Positions 43,377 through 54,216 are shown, counted from the stretch's first letter. The stretch is 64,000 nt of DNA from Planctomycetota bacterium (GCA_025993795.1 JAMQHL010000020.1:12471-76470); one strand, 5' to 3'. The notes: generated by a model not told the origin, from the letters alone. Translations and numbers: made by a program.

Positions 43377-43838
43377 CTAGCGCTGGAAACTCAGGTAGTA
43401 CTTGCCGTCCTTTTCGATGATTGCCAGCTTCGGGCTCTCTTCTTCCGACTGGCCATCCTTGTCGGTAATGGTCATTGGGAAGGTGGCAATGAACTTGCCA
43501 TCCGTCTCTTCGATCGTTGGGGTCTTGGCCTCGACCGTGAAGCCTTCGGTTTTCATCTCGCGCCATCCCTTGCCGATGCGCTTGTCTGCGTTCGCCTGCT
43601 CTTCGGGCAAGAACAGTTCCTTCAGGGCCTCGTCGTCCATGGCCTCCGCTGCGGCAGCCATTTTGTTCGCCACGGCCTGGCGTTCTTCGGCCGGGGTCTT
43701 GGGCTTGTCGGCCTCCTTGGTAGAGCCACTGCCACTGCCACTGCCACTGCTGCTGCTGGCGTTGTTCCCTCCGCCGCAAGCGGACAGGCCAAACATAGCG
43801 ATCAATACTGCGCACATCACAGCAAAACGGGTCTTCAT
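43377..43838 (-). CDS. Lipoprotein with Ser/Gly-rich linker (paralog A)
   Basis: Signal peptide with lipobox LSAC, an SSSSGSGSGSGS linker, and a C-terminal ...IIEKDGKYYLSFQR resembling ...VLHGGKWLFKFYP of paralog B. Confidence 0.7.
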   Translation of the reverse strand: MKTRFAVMCAVLIAMFGLSACGGGNNASSSSGSGSGSGSTKEADKPKTPAEERQAVANKMAAAAEAMDDEALKELFLPEEQANADKRIGKGWREMKTEGFTVEAKTPTIEETDGKFIATFPMTITDKDGQSEEESPKLAIIEKDGKYYLSFQR

Positions 43839-43900
43839 GTTGGTTTCCTTTTCCAGAAGTTGATCGTGAGCGCGGACAACATAGGGCCGCAAAGGCCGCG

Positions 43901-43937
43901 GTCAAACCAAAAGGGCGGCCTTGTTGGTGCCGCCCTT
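43901..43937 (-). terminator. Rho-independent terminator after the peroxiredoxin gene
   Basis: 9-bp stem aagggcggc / gccgccctt (43911-43937), followed on the minus strand by TTTTGGTTTG. Confidence 0.65.
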
Positions 43938-43956
43938 GTTTCCGAGTACGGTCCTT

Positions 43957-44610
43957 CTACAGGGACTTCTTGTTGAGGTAAAAGTCGATCTGTTCGTACT
44001 CTTTGTGACTCTGGCGCTCGGCCACGTCCTTGACCGTCTTGGGTGGCGGCACGATGACCTTGTCGCCGGGCTTCCAGTTGACTGGCGCCGCGACACTGTG
44101 CTTGTCGGTGGTCTGCAGAGCCTGGACCAGCCGTACGACTTCGTCGATATTGCGGCCCACGTTCAGCGGGTAGTAGATGATCGCCCGCACCGTCTGTTTG
44201 GGGTCAATCACGAACACCGCGCGCACCGTGGCGGTCTGGCTTTCGTTGGGGTGCAGCAGCCCGAACTTCTGGGCCACGGCGGTGTTCAGGTCTGCAATCA
44301 GCGGATAGTTGATTTCGACATCGAGGATCTTCTTCAGGTTCTCGCGCCACGCGAGGTGGCTGTGAATGCTGTCGATGCTCAGCCCGATCAGCTTGGTGTT
44401 CAAGGCGTCGAACTCTTTGCTGCGGCGCGCGAACTCGGTGAGTTCCGTGCTGCAAACAGGCGTAAAGTCGGCGGGGTGGCTGAACAGGACCGCCCACTTG
44501 TCGCCCTTCCACTCGCTGAATTTGAGGTTGCCTTCGGTGGTGATGGATTCGAAGTCTGGCGCTTTGTCGCCGATGCGGGGTATCCCGCGATAATCGGTTG
44601 CTTCGGTCAT
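43957..44610 (-). CDS. 1-Cys peroxiredoxin (Prx6-like)
   Basis: WAVLFSHPADFTPVCSTEL active-site motif and a Prx6-type C-terminal extension. GGAGAAGAGG RBS before ATG 44610. Confidence 0.9.
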   Translation of the reverse strand: MTEATDYRGIPRIGDKAPDFESITTEGNLKFSEWKGDKWAVLFSHPADFTPVCSTELTEFARRSKEFDALNTKLIGLSIDSIHSHLAWRENLKKILDVEINYPLIADLNTAVAQKFGLLHPNESQTATVRAVFVIDPKQTVRAIIYYPLNVGRNIDEVVRLVQALQTTDKHSVAAPVNWKPGDKVIVPPPKTVKDVAERQSHKEYEQIDFYLNKKSL

Positions 44611-44723
44611 GGCCTCTTCTCCGGTTTGGCGGACGTGCCGCCGACAGTTAGGCACGCATCAGTTTCTGGACTCGCATGTGATCAGGTACATCGCATTCGC
44701 ATGTTGCCCCCCGCATGTGACAG

Positions 44724-44760
44724 GTAAAACAAAACGCCCGGGCCATTTCGACCCGGGCGT
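44724..44760 (-). terminator. Rho-independent terminator after rpmA
   Basis: 9-bp stem acgcccggg / cccgggcgt (44734-44760), followed on the minus strand by TTTTGTTTTAC. Confidence 0.7.
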
Positions 44761-44781
44761 GATGATCGTACCAAGTTCAGG

Positions 44782-45033
44782 CTATGCAGCGGGTTGGACG
44801 TTCACCTTTTTCCGGGTCTTTCCCGAGAAACACATGGTGCCGTCGCACAGGGCGAACAACGTGAAGTCGCGACCCATCCCGACGTTCTTGCCGGGGTGGA
44901 AGCGCGTGCCCTTCTGGCGAATCAGGATGTTGCCGGCGCGGACAAACTCACCGCCCGCGCGCTTGAGGCCCCGGTACTTGGGGTTGCTGTCGCGCCCGTT
45001 TGCTGTGCTGCCGCCGCCTTTTTTGTGTGCCAT
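44782..45033 (-). CDS. rpmA: 50S ribosomal protein L27
   Basis: [48 protein letters not shown]. Confidence 0.97.
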   Translation of the reverse strand: MAHKKGGGSTANGRDSNPKYRGLKRAGGEFVRAGNILIRQKGTRFHPGKNVGMGRDFTLFALCDGTMCFSGKTRKKVNVQPAA

Positions 45034-45084
45034 GGCTTTTTCCCGCTTATGCAGACGACGTGTTCGTCGCCCACTTTCCTTTGA

Positions 45085-45399
45085 TTACCCTTTGATGTCC
45101 GTAACCTTGACCAGTGTGTGGCGCTGGCGATGACCGCGCTTGCGTTTGCTGTTGGCTTTGCGGCGGCGGTATGTGAAGGCGATGGTCTTCTTGTCCTTCA
45201 CTTCGCTGATCACTTCCACTTCAACGCTCGCGCCTGCAACCTTCGGCGCGCCGACCTTCACGCTGTCACCGTTAGCAACCAGCAGCACGTCGCTCAGCGT
45301 GATCTTGCTGCCGGGCTTCTGTTCAAGCCGGTCAAGCTTGAACTCCATCCCCTTCTCAAGGCGGTACTGGCGCCCACCGTCGGCAATGATTGCGTACAT
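45085..45399 (-). CDS. rplU: 50S ribosomal protein L21
   Basis: MYAIIADGGRQYRLEKG...KKTIAFTYRRRKANSKRKRGHRQ. I use ATG 45399. Confidence 0.95.
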   Translation of the reverse strand: MYAIIADGGRQYRLEKGMEFKLDRLEQKPGSKITLSDVLLVANGDSVKVGAPKVAGASVEVEVISEVKDKKTIAFTYRRRKANSKRKRGHRQRHTLVKVTDIKG

Positions 45400-45554
45400 G
45401 ACTTCTCTTTCTGTGCGACTTTCGGTAGACGCCGGGGGCGGCAATGCCGCGCTAAGCCCAGCGCCTGAACCGGGCCAAAAACAGTACCCACGGAATCCAC
45501 AAGGTCAAGCGGTCGACGCTAAATTCTCCGGCTGGACAGGTAGGCGCACGACTG

Positions 45555-47057
45555 TCAGGCAGAACCGGAACTCACTTCGTCCCAGCGTTGGCGCAGCCGC
45601 TGGGCGCCTCTGCCGTCGTTTAGTTTCTCGTATGCCTCAAGGGCTCGCGTGAAATGCGCGTCAGCTTGGCCGTTTACGCCCTGCACGCGCAGCCACACTG
45701 CGTAGTGGCCCCGAAAATCCGCTTCCTGGTCGAGTTGCCCCGCCTGCTCCAGCAATGCAAGCGCGGACGTGTAAGCCTCGTCGGCCTGCCTGGCGCGTGC
45801 AGTTGCCGCATATACATCAGCCAGCGCACCCAGGGCAACGCCCTCAGATGCCCGCTCACGCAGTGCGCTGAAGACTGACAACGCGTTCAGCAGCGTGGGC
45901 TCCGCGACTGTGAATTGCTTCAGCCGGCAGTGCAGCAGCCCCAGGTTCAGCAGTGCAATGCCCTCCCAGAAGCGGTCGCTGGCGTCGCACAGGGCGCTGA
46001 TGGCAGTGGCATACGCCTCAATGGCGGCATCGTGTCGGCCTGCGGCAGACATCAGCATGGCACGATTGGCAAGGCCTACTGCATTGGCGCGCAGGTCGCC
46101 GCACTGACGCGCCAACTCAAGGGCGCGCAGGTTTTCGCGGTCAGCGTCCTCAAAGCGCCGCCAATCGCGATACAGGGCAGCCAGATTGCCGGTAAGCGTC
46201 GCCTCAAGCTGCAGGTCGTTACAGCTGCGGGCAATCTGCAGGCCCTCGTGATATGCGGCTTCGGCCTCTTCGCGGCGCCCCGCGTCTTTCAGCACGTTGG
46301 CAAGATTGTTCACCGTTGAGCCTTCGCCCTTTCGGTCCCCCGCAGTGCGCTGTACGGCTCGCGCCTCGCGCATGCGGACAAGGGTATCTTCGGGGCGGCT
46401 TGTGCTGCGGTGCAGCTGCGCCAGGTTGCTGAGCGCCAACCCTTCACCGCTGCGATTGCCTGCTTCACGAAAAGCAGCAAGCGCGCGCTCGACCCAGGGC
46501 AGCGCCAATGCCGGCCCGGAAGTCTGGGCGCAGGTGATGCCTATGCCGCGCAGCGCGTGACCCGCTTCGTTGCGCAACCCCTCGGCCGAGGCAAGGCTCA
46601 GCGCCTGCTCAAACCGCTCACGCGAAGCTTCAAGCGACCCGCTATGCGCCATAAGCTGGCCGGCCTCAAGCAGCGCGCTTGTACGAACAATGGTGCTGGC
46701 TGCGGCGTGGCCCGCGACGCGGTCCCACAATGCCACTGCTTCGCGATTCCAGTATCGTCCCTTGGCGTGTCGCGCGGCGAGCTCAAGGAAACGCAGCTCA
46801 CGCTCTGCCAGCGCCCGCAGCTCACGCAAGTTGGTCGTGGACCGCAGCGCCTGTGCCGACCGCAGATGGTCAGCCAGGTCGGCCGCCACGGCCTCAATCT
46901 CGGCCGCGCCGAAGGCGGCCTCTACCACATCGACTACCAGGGAGTGCAGCCTCGCACGGTCATACGGCGTCTGTAGTGTATACGCCGCATCACGCAACAG
47001 CGCATGGCAGAAGAGGTATGCAACTTCAGCATGCATGGCGCGCAGTCTATCAGCCAA
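45555..47057 (-). CDS. TPR-repeat protein, probably the C-terminal remnant of a STAND/AAA-TPR regulator
   Basis: Multiple TPR-like units (ALxNLAxxY/H...G..eeA). The ORF opens directly in a FCHALLRDAAY-type motif, which normally follows an NTPase domain. Confidence 0.6.
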   Translation of the reverse strand: MADRLRAMHAEVAYLFCHALLRDAAYTLQTPYDRARLHSLVVDVVEAAFGAAEIEAVAADLADHLRSAQALRSTTNLRELRALAERELRFLELAARHAKGRYWNREAVALWDRVAGHAAASTIVRTSALLEAGQLMAHSGSLEASRERFEQALSLASAEGLRNEAGHALRGIGITCAQTSGPALALPWVERALAAFREAGNRSGEGLALSNLAQLHRSTSRPEDTLVRMREARAVQRTAGDRKGEGSTVNNLANVLKDAGRREEAEAAYHEGLQIARSCNDLQLEATLTGNLAALYRDWRRFEDADRENLRALELARQCGDLRANAVGLANRAMLMSAAGRHDAAIEAYATAISALCDASDRFWEGIALLNLGLLHCRLKQFTVAEPTLLNALSVFSALRERASEGVALGALADVYAATARARQADEAYTSALALLEQAGQLDQEADFRGHYAVWLRVQGVNGQADAHFTRALEAYEKLNDGRGAQRLRQRWDEVSSGSA

Positions 47058-47134
47058 GGCAGGTCTGGCACGGTTCTTCCCAAAGGACTGTTTCCCTTGC
47101 GGGCCTTATCGCTAAGTTGCATGCGGAGGCGTTC

Positions 47135-48106
47135 ATGTTCCACAAAGATATGCAGTACCGGCCGATGGGTCGCAGCGGGTTGAAACTCAGCGCAATCAGC
47201 CTGGGTGGTTGGACGACCTATGGTGCCAGCGTCAAGGCCGAAGACACGGTCAAGGCAATCATCACGCACGCCTATGAGCAGGGTGTGAACTTTTTCGACA
47301 TCAGCGACATCTACGAAAAAGGCGAAGCTGAACGCGCCATGGGCAGGGTCTTTGCCGACTTGCCCAGGCATGAACTGGTCATCAGTACCAAGTGCTACTG
47401 GCCAATGAGCGACGACGTCAACGACAAGGGACTCAGCCGCAAGCACATCATCGAGAGCATCGAAAAGTCGCTCAAGCGCATCGGCACCGAATACGTCGAC
47501 ATCTACTTCTGCCATCGCCCCGACGCCGAAACACCGGTAGAAGAAACCGCGCTCGCGATGGACCAGCTCGTGCGCCAGGGAAAGGTACTGTACTGGGGCA
47601 CGAGCGAGTTTGACGGAGACACAATTCGCGCCGCCCACCAGTCGGCACGCGAGTGGCTGGCACACCCGCCCCGCGTCGAACAGCCCCAGCTGAATCTGCT
47701 CTCACGCAGGCGCTTCCATACAGACGTTCAGCCAACAGCAGAGCAGACGGGCATGGGGCTGGTGACGTGGAGCCCCCTGGCAAGCGGCCTGCTCAGCGGC
47801 AAGTACGACGACGAGCTGCCGGAGGGCACCAGGCTGTGGCGCAGCGAAAACCTGCGTAACGCATACCTGACGGACGACGCCAAGGATCGCGTGAAGAAGT
47901 TCAAGACGGTGGCCGACGAACTTGGTGTTACCCGGGCACAGTTGGCAATTGCCTGGTGCCTTGCGCAGCGGGGCGTGAGCAGCGTGATTACTGGCGCGAC
48001 CAGGCTGGAACAGCTCAAGGCCAACCTGGACGCGTTGAAGGTGCGGATCACAGAAGAAGTGTTCAGGAAGCTCGACGAGATTTTCCCTCCCAGCCTGGGC
48101 CAGTGA
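47135..48106 (+). CDS. Aldo/keto reductase
   Basis: YRPMGRSGLKLSAISLGGW...FFDISDIYEKGEAE...DIYFCHRPD...VLYWGTSEF. GGAGG RBS 6 nt before ATG 47135. The track extension back to 46679 is rejected. Confidence 0.9.
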   Translation: MFHKDMQYRPMGRSGLKLSAISLGGWTTYGASVKAEDTVKAIITHAYEQGVNFFDISDIYEKGEAERAMGRVFADLPRHELVISTKCYWPMSDDVNDKGLSRKHIIESIEKSLKRIGTEYVDIYFCHRPDAETPVEETALAMDQLVRQGKVLYWGTSEFDGDTIRAAHQSAREWLAHPPRVEQPQLNLLSRRRFHTDVQPTAEQTGMGLVTWSPLASGLLSGKYDDELPEGTRLWRSENLRNAYLTDDAKDRVKKFKTVADELGVTRAQLAIAWCLAQRGVSSVITGATRLEQLKANLDALKVRITEEVFRKLDEIFPPSLGQ

Positions 48107-48148
48107 CACGCCCTTACGCCTGCAACAAGGTCCCGTTAACGTCGCGCC

Positions 48149-48640
48149 ATGGCCAAGGCAGGAAAAACGGACAAGTCCGAGTCGGATGGGCGCAGGGTCG
48201 TGGCGACCAACCGACGTGCATTCCACGACTACCACGTCATGGACCGATTCGAGGCAGGGTTGAAGTTGCTGGGCGCCGAGGTCAAGTCGCTGCGCGCGGG
48301 CCACTGTGTAATCAGCGACGCCTACGCCATGGTCGACCGCAAGAAGTACGCGGCCTGGTTGTTCAACCTGCAGATCCCGGAATGGAATGCCGGCAACCAG
48401 ATCGAGCATCATGAACCCAAACGCAAGCGGGTGCTGCTGCTGCACAAGCGTGAGATACTGCGCATGCGGCAGACGTTGAAAGAACAAGGCCTGACGCTGA
48501 TTCCGTTGAGCGTCTACTTCCGGAACGGTTTTGCGAAGATCGAGCTGGGCGTGTGCAAGGGCAAGAAACTCTATGACAAGCGGGAATCACTGAAAGAGAA
48601 GCAGGCCAAGCGCGAGATTGCCCGGCGCGTCAAACATTGA
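48149..48640 (+). CDS. smpB: SsrA-binding protein SmpB
   Basis: NRRAFHDYHVMDRFEAGLKLLGAEVKSLR...LLLHKREI...KGKKLYDKRE. Confidence 0.95.
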   Translation: MAKAGKTDKSESDGRRVVATNRRAFHDYHVMDRFEAGLKLLGAEVKSLRAGHCVISDAYAMVDRKKYAAWLFNLQIPEWNAGNQIEHHEPKRKRVLLLHKREILRMRQTLKEQGLTLIPLSVYFRNGFAKIELGVCKGKKLYDKRESLKEKQAKREIARRVKH

Positions 48641-48679
48641 TGGGGTAGAATGATGGATCAGCAAAGCTGAGGGACGTAC

Positions 48680-49147
48680 ATGAGCGACGAACCGACCAAG
48701 AAGTGGTCATTCAAGATCGCCGACTTCGACCGCTACCTGCGGGCAAGCGACGCTGTGCCGTCACGTTTTCCGCTGCAATCCTGCAGCCTGGGTGTGTACG
48801 CCGAGCCCCTGGGCAGCGGGCAGCCGCGCCGTGCCAACCTTTACGATGTTACCGTGTTTCGCCAGTGCGATGCCGCCACACCGGTGCTGATGCGGTTGTG
48901 CGCAACGGGCGAAGTGCTGCACAGCGTCAGCCTTGAGCTGGTGGCCGAGAAAGACGGCACCGAAGTTTTTCGCATGAGCGTTGAGATGATCAACGCAACG
49001 ATCAGCTCGGTCTATCCGAACGGTGCTGACATGGCGCCGGGCTTCGGCATGACCGAAAGCATTTCTTTCCAATACGAGAAGCTGCGGGTGATCGCCGTTG
49101 AGGGCGAAAAGAAGGGCAGCGCGGACCTTACGCCACAACGCCCTTGA
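48680..49147 (+). CDS. Divergent Hcp-like protein (orphan T6SS tube-family paralog)
   Basis: By eye, RRANLYDVTVFRQCDAATPVLMRLCATGEVLHSVSLELV...MTESISFQYEKLRV aligns with the Hcp core (..V.DLSFTKYIDKSTPNLMMACSSGKHYP.AKL.I...LTE.V.L.F..V.V). GAGGGA RBS, 39 nt after smpB. Confidence 0.6.
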   Translation: MSDEPTKKWSFKIADFDRYLRASDAVPSRFPLQSCSLGVYAEPLGSGQPRRANLYDVTVFRQCDAATPVLMRLCATGEVLHSVSLELVAEKDGTEVFRMSVEMINATISSVYPNGADMAPGFGMTESISFQYEKLRVIAVEGEKKGSADLTPQRP

Positions 49148-49619
49148 TGCCGCCCTTGATGCGTTGATACGCCGCAGCATACGGCTCGCCATTGCGGGGG
49201 TCGGCGACGCGCGGGGCAATCTGGAGCAGCGGCCACAGCACGAACTCGCGCTCATGCATGCGCGGGTGCGGAACCTGCAATCCTTCTTCATTTATAATCG
49301 CGCTGCCATAGAGCAGCAGGTCGAGGTCAATAGTGCGGGGCGCGTTGCGCGCTGTTCGTTGGCGGCCAAGGCTCCGCTCTATGACCAGCAGGGCATCCAG
49401 CAGTTGCCGTGCGGACAGACTCGTCTCGACAAGGGCTGCCGAGTTCAAGAACTCGCCGGCCCCCTGTGGCGAATCCACGGGAGCGCTGGCCATCAGGTCC
49501 GACGCCCGCACCAGGCGGGTATCCGGCAACTGTCCGATTGACCGCAGGGCTTCCTGAATCACGGCTTGCCGGTCCCCGAGGTTGCTGCCAAGCGCAATTG
49601 CGGCAATCACAGGTTCCAT
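49128..49619 (-). CDS. folK: 2-amino-4-hydroxy-6-hydroxymethyldihydropteridine diphosphokinase (HPPK)
   Basis: IALGSNLGDR...PRTIDLDLLLYG...LQVPHPRMHEREFVLWPL. I use ATG 49619. Confidence 0.9.
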   Translation of the reverse strand: MEPVIAAIALGSNLGDRQAVIQEALRSIGQLPDTRLVRASDLMASAPVDSPQGAGEFLNSAALVETSLSARQLLDALLVIERSLGRQRTARNAPRTIDLDLLLYGSAIINEEGLQVPHPRMHEREFVLWPLLQIAPRVADPRNGEPYAAAYQRIKGGIKGVVA

Positions 49620-49762
49620 GAACGCGAGCGTACAGTGCCGTCCGACCATCGCCATGGGCGGCTGTGGGCGTTTTGTTTCGCATTTCACGGGGGGATAGCG
49701 TTTAATATACGGGCCGGGACAGGATGTGCTGTGCGCATCCTCAACAGCATCAAGGTGATACC

Positions 49763-52138
49763 ATGCGAGGACAGGTGCCCATCTGGGCGCTTGCCATCCT
49801 CGGCTTGTGTCTGATTGCGTGCGGCCCTTGTCGTGCGCAGGGCGGGGCGGTGGCGGGCGAAGAACGCCTGCAACTGCAGCCTGAAGAGGGCAGCCCGTTC
49901 GCCGAGGAAGTCAAGCAACTCCAGGCTGCCGCCGACCAGGCGGCGCGCCGACTTGCGTTTGGCGCCATCCTGAACAAGGCTGCCGACCAGAAACGCGACC
50001 CGGACCCGCTGCTCAGCATTCTGAAGAACAAGAAGCCTGAAGACGTGTTCAAGGACCTGCTTGAATACGTCCGCGACAACGAACCTGCGCGCCATGCGTG
50101 CTTCATACCGGCACTCGTGCTGGCAGCAAACGACCCCGGCGACAACGCGCGCATCGCGGGCGAAGCCGTTGTCGCTTACAAGCGCGCTGCGCTTTCCGTG
50201 ATCACCACAATGCTGAAGTCTGATGTCGCCGGCGAACGCGTCGCCGCGGCCGCCAGCGCAGGCCGCCGCATCGGCGGCGCGGCCGGCGCCGCCAAGCTGA
50301 TTCCGCCGCTGGTCGAGGCACTTGGGCGCAAGGAGACCGAGCTGAGTACAGTGGCCATGCGCAGCCTTTCGCGACTGGCGCTGCTGAACCACAAGACTGT
50401 AGAAGAGTGGACGACCTGGCTGGATGGCAAGTCCGAACTCGACCTGATCGTCGAGATCGCGGACCGCGAGAACGAGGCCCGGCGCAAAGCCGAAGAAGAC
50501 CGCTCGCGCATTGAGAAAGAGTTGCTGGAAGTGCTGCTGGAGCGCATGCGCAAAGATGAACGCGGCGACGTGAACGCGCTGGTCATCAGACTGAAAGAAG
50601 CCAAGTACCTGCTGGTGCGACTTGAAGCCGTGAAGCTGCTGAAAGAGATCCTGAAGCCCAGTTTGACAGACGACGCGGCGAAAGCGCCGATAGAGGCCTT
50701 GGGCAAGGTGCTCAACGCGGCAACTGAGCCGGAAGAGCTGCGCAAGAGTTGCGCCAATGCCCTGGCTGAATGCGGCAAGCCAGCGCTTGCATTTCCGTTC
50801 ATTGATCAGTGCCTGGCGGCCAACGGCATCAGCTCAGACCTCAGGCTTGAACTCGTGCGCGGCCTGAACTCGCCGCTGGCCGCAACGCGGCTGACCGAGT
50901 TGCTGCGAGCGGAACTGGATGGGGTTGAGGCGCGCAGCAACACATTGCTCGAAACCCTGATCACGCAAGCACGCAGTGTGATCGCCGACACCGACCAGTC
51001 CGAAGCCGCACGGGCCATCATTGCCGAGCTTGACCGGCTGCTGACACTGACCGCTGACAAGCTCGCCGGCACACTGGAGGCCCCGGCCCGCAAGCGCTAC
51101 GCCGACCTGGCGGTGCGGGCGTGCGACACGCTAGCCTACCTGGCGCGCCTTCGCAACGTAGACATTGTCGCCTGCACGGCATCGCTTGTCCGGTTAGGTT
51201 GCACCGAGATTCCGTCCACCGACCAGGAGCGCGTATCGCTTGGCGCGCTTTCGACACTGCGCGAAGCCATCCCCAAAAGCAAAGACGCCGCAGTGATTGA
51301 GTCGCTTTCCAGGCCGCCCCTCTCCGAGAAACTGAGCGCCCTGTACACACGCCTTCTGGGCGGCCCGGAGACTTCTGTGCAGGTCCTGATCAAGCTGATC
51401 CAGGTGTATCAGGAAATGAGCGTCGCACCTGAGCCAGCCGCTGAGTTGCAGCGGCGGCTGCTGGAGCGTGCCCGCAGCACCGAGGCCGTGCTTCCGGATA
51501 ACCCCGACGACCCGCGCACTCTTCGCGACGCACTGCGCTCGTTGCTTGCACGCCTGAACAAATCCAGCGCCGAGCATGCTGCCCTGCTGAAAGAACTGTT
51601 TGGCACGCAGTACGGGGACAAGGATGTTCTGGGCTATCTTCAGGCACTCAGGGGCACTCGCGTTGAAGCCATCAACATGGCATTCCAGCCGATGGTCGAG
51701 ACGCATGCGGTACGGATTGCGCTGATCATCGTGGCGCTGGAGCAGTCCAAGTCCTGGAGCAGCGACGAGTCGGCAGCCCGGGAGTACCAGGTGTTCCGTG
51801 GCGGCCTGACAGCAGCGGTGAAGGGCGAGTTCGGGCGCAGCGTTTCCAGCGCGCTCAAGAACGGCCTGCCGGAAGACGAGAAAGCGCGCTTGACGGCCGG
51901 CGCCACCGGAGCCCTGCGCGACCTGTGGATGCCGGTCGCGCTCGAAAAGCTGCGCGAGAATGCGGAACAGAACAGTAACCGTGACACCGTCAGCGAAATC
52001 CTGCTCAGTGCGCTGAAGCAGGCGCACCCCGGCAAGTACGACAACTTCGCGCTGGTCGGTCAGCCCAAAGAGGCGTTCACCAAAGCCCTGGACGAGATCT
52101 CCAAGCAGATGAAAAATGACGGCTACGCGCTGCCCTGA
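49763..52138 (+). CDS. Large secreted alpha-helical (HEAT/ARM-like) repeat protein, unknown function
   Basis: Signal peptide MRGQVPIWALAILGLCLIACGPCRAQG, then about 760 aa of Leu/Ala/Glu/Arg-rich sequence that looks helical-repeat-like. No catalytic motif recognised. Confidence 0.55.
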   Translation: MRGQVPIWALAILGLCLIACGPCRAQGGAVAGEERLQLQPEEGSPFAEEVKQLQAAADQAARRLAFGAILNKAADQKRDPDPLLSILKNKKPEDVFKDLLEYVRDNEPARHACFIPALVLAANDPGDNARIAGEAVVAYKRAALSVITTMLKSDVAGERVAAAASAGRRIGGAAGAAKLIPPLVEALGRKETELSTVAMRSLSRLALLNHKTVEEWTTWLDGKSELDLIVEIADRENEARRKAEEDRSRIEKELLEVLLERMRKDERGDVNALVIRLKEAKYLLVRLEAVKLLKEILKPSLTDDAAKAPIEALGKVLNAATEPEELRKSCANALAECGKPALAFPFIDQCLAANGISSDLRLELVRGLNSPLAATRLTELLRAELDGVEARSNTLLETLITQARSVIADTDQSEAARAIIAELDRLLTLTADKLAGTLEAPARKRYADLAVRACDTLAYLARLRNVDIVACTASLVRLGCTEIPSTDQERVSLGALSTLREAIPKSKDAAVIESLSRPPLSEKLSALYTRLLGGPETSVQVLIKLIQVYQEMSVAPEPAAELQRRLLERARSTEAVLPDNPDDPRTLRDALRSLLARLNKSSAEHAALLKELFGTQYGDKDVLGYLQALRGTRVEAINMAFQPMVETHAVRIALIIVALEQSKSWSSDESAAREYQVFRGGLTAAVKGEFGRSVSSALKNGLPEDEKARLTAGATGALRDLWMPVALEKLRENAEQNSNRDTVSEILLSALKQAHPGKYDNFALVGQPKEAFTKALDEISKQMKNDGYALP

Positions 52139-52310
52139 ATCACGGGGGGGGGTGCGCCGGGGCGTGACCGGCGCCAATGGACCGGTCAAGGTCGGACCCC
52201 ATGTTTCGCCCCCGGGCCTGCGATCTCGTGACGGATTTGAGCCTCTTCTACTGGCACTCCGGCGGTGCGTTGCTATCTATCTTCGTCCGAATGCAGCGCC
52301 CGAGGATTCC

Positions 52311-54128
<1,818 letters not shown>

Positions 54129-54216
54129 TCCGGACCAATCCGGTCCGGGGACTACCCACGTTTGTGTTGCTACAGTCACGACTGCCAGCCCCTTGAAATA
54201 GGGCTTGGTAGCCGTC

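Noticed and set aside
46679-47134. N-terminal 152-codon extension of the aldo/keto reductase ORF.
   Set aside because: It is antisense to the TPR gene and Arg/Pro-rich. ATG 47135 has a GGAGG RBS and gives a standard AKR N-terminus.
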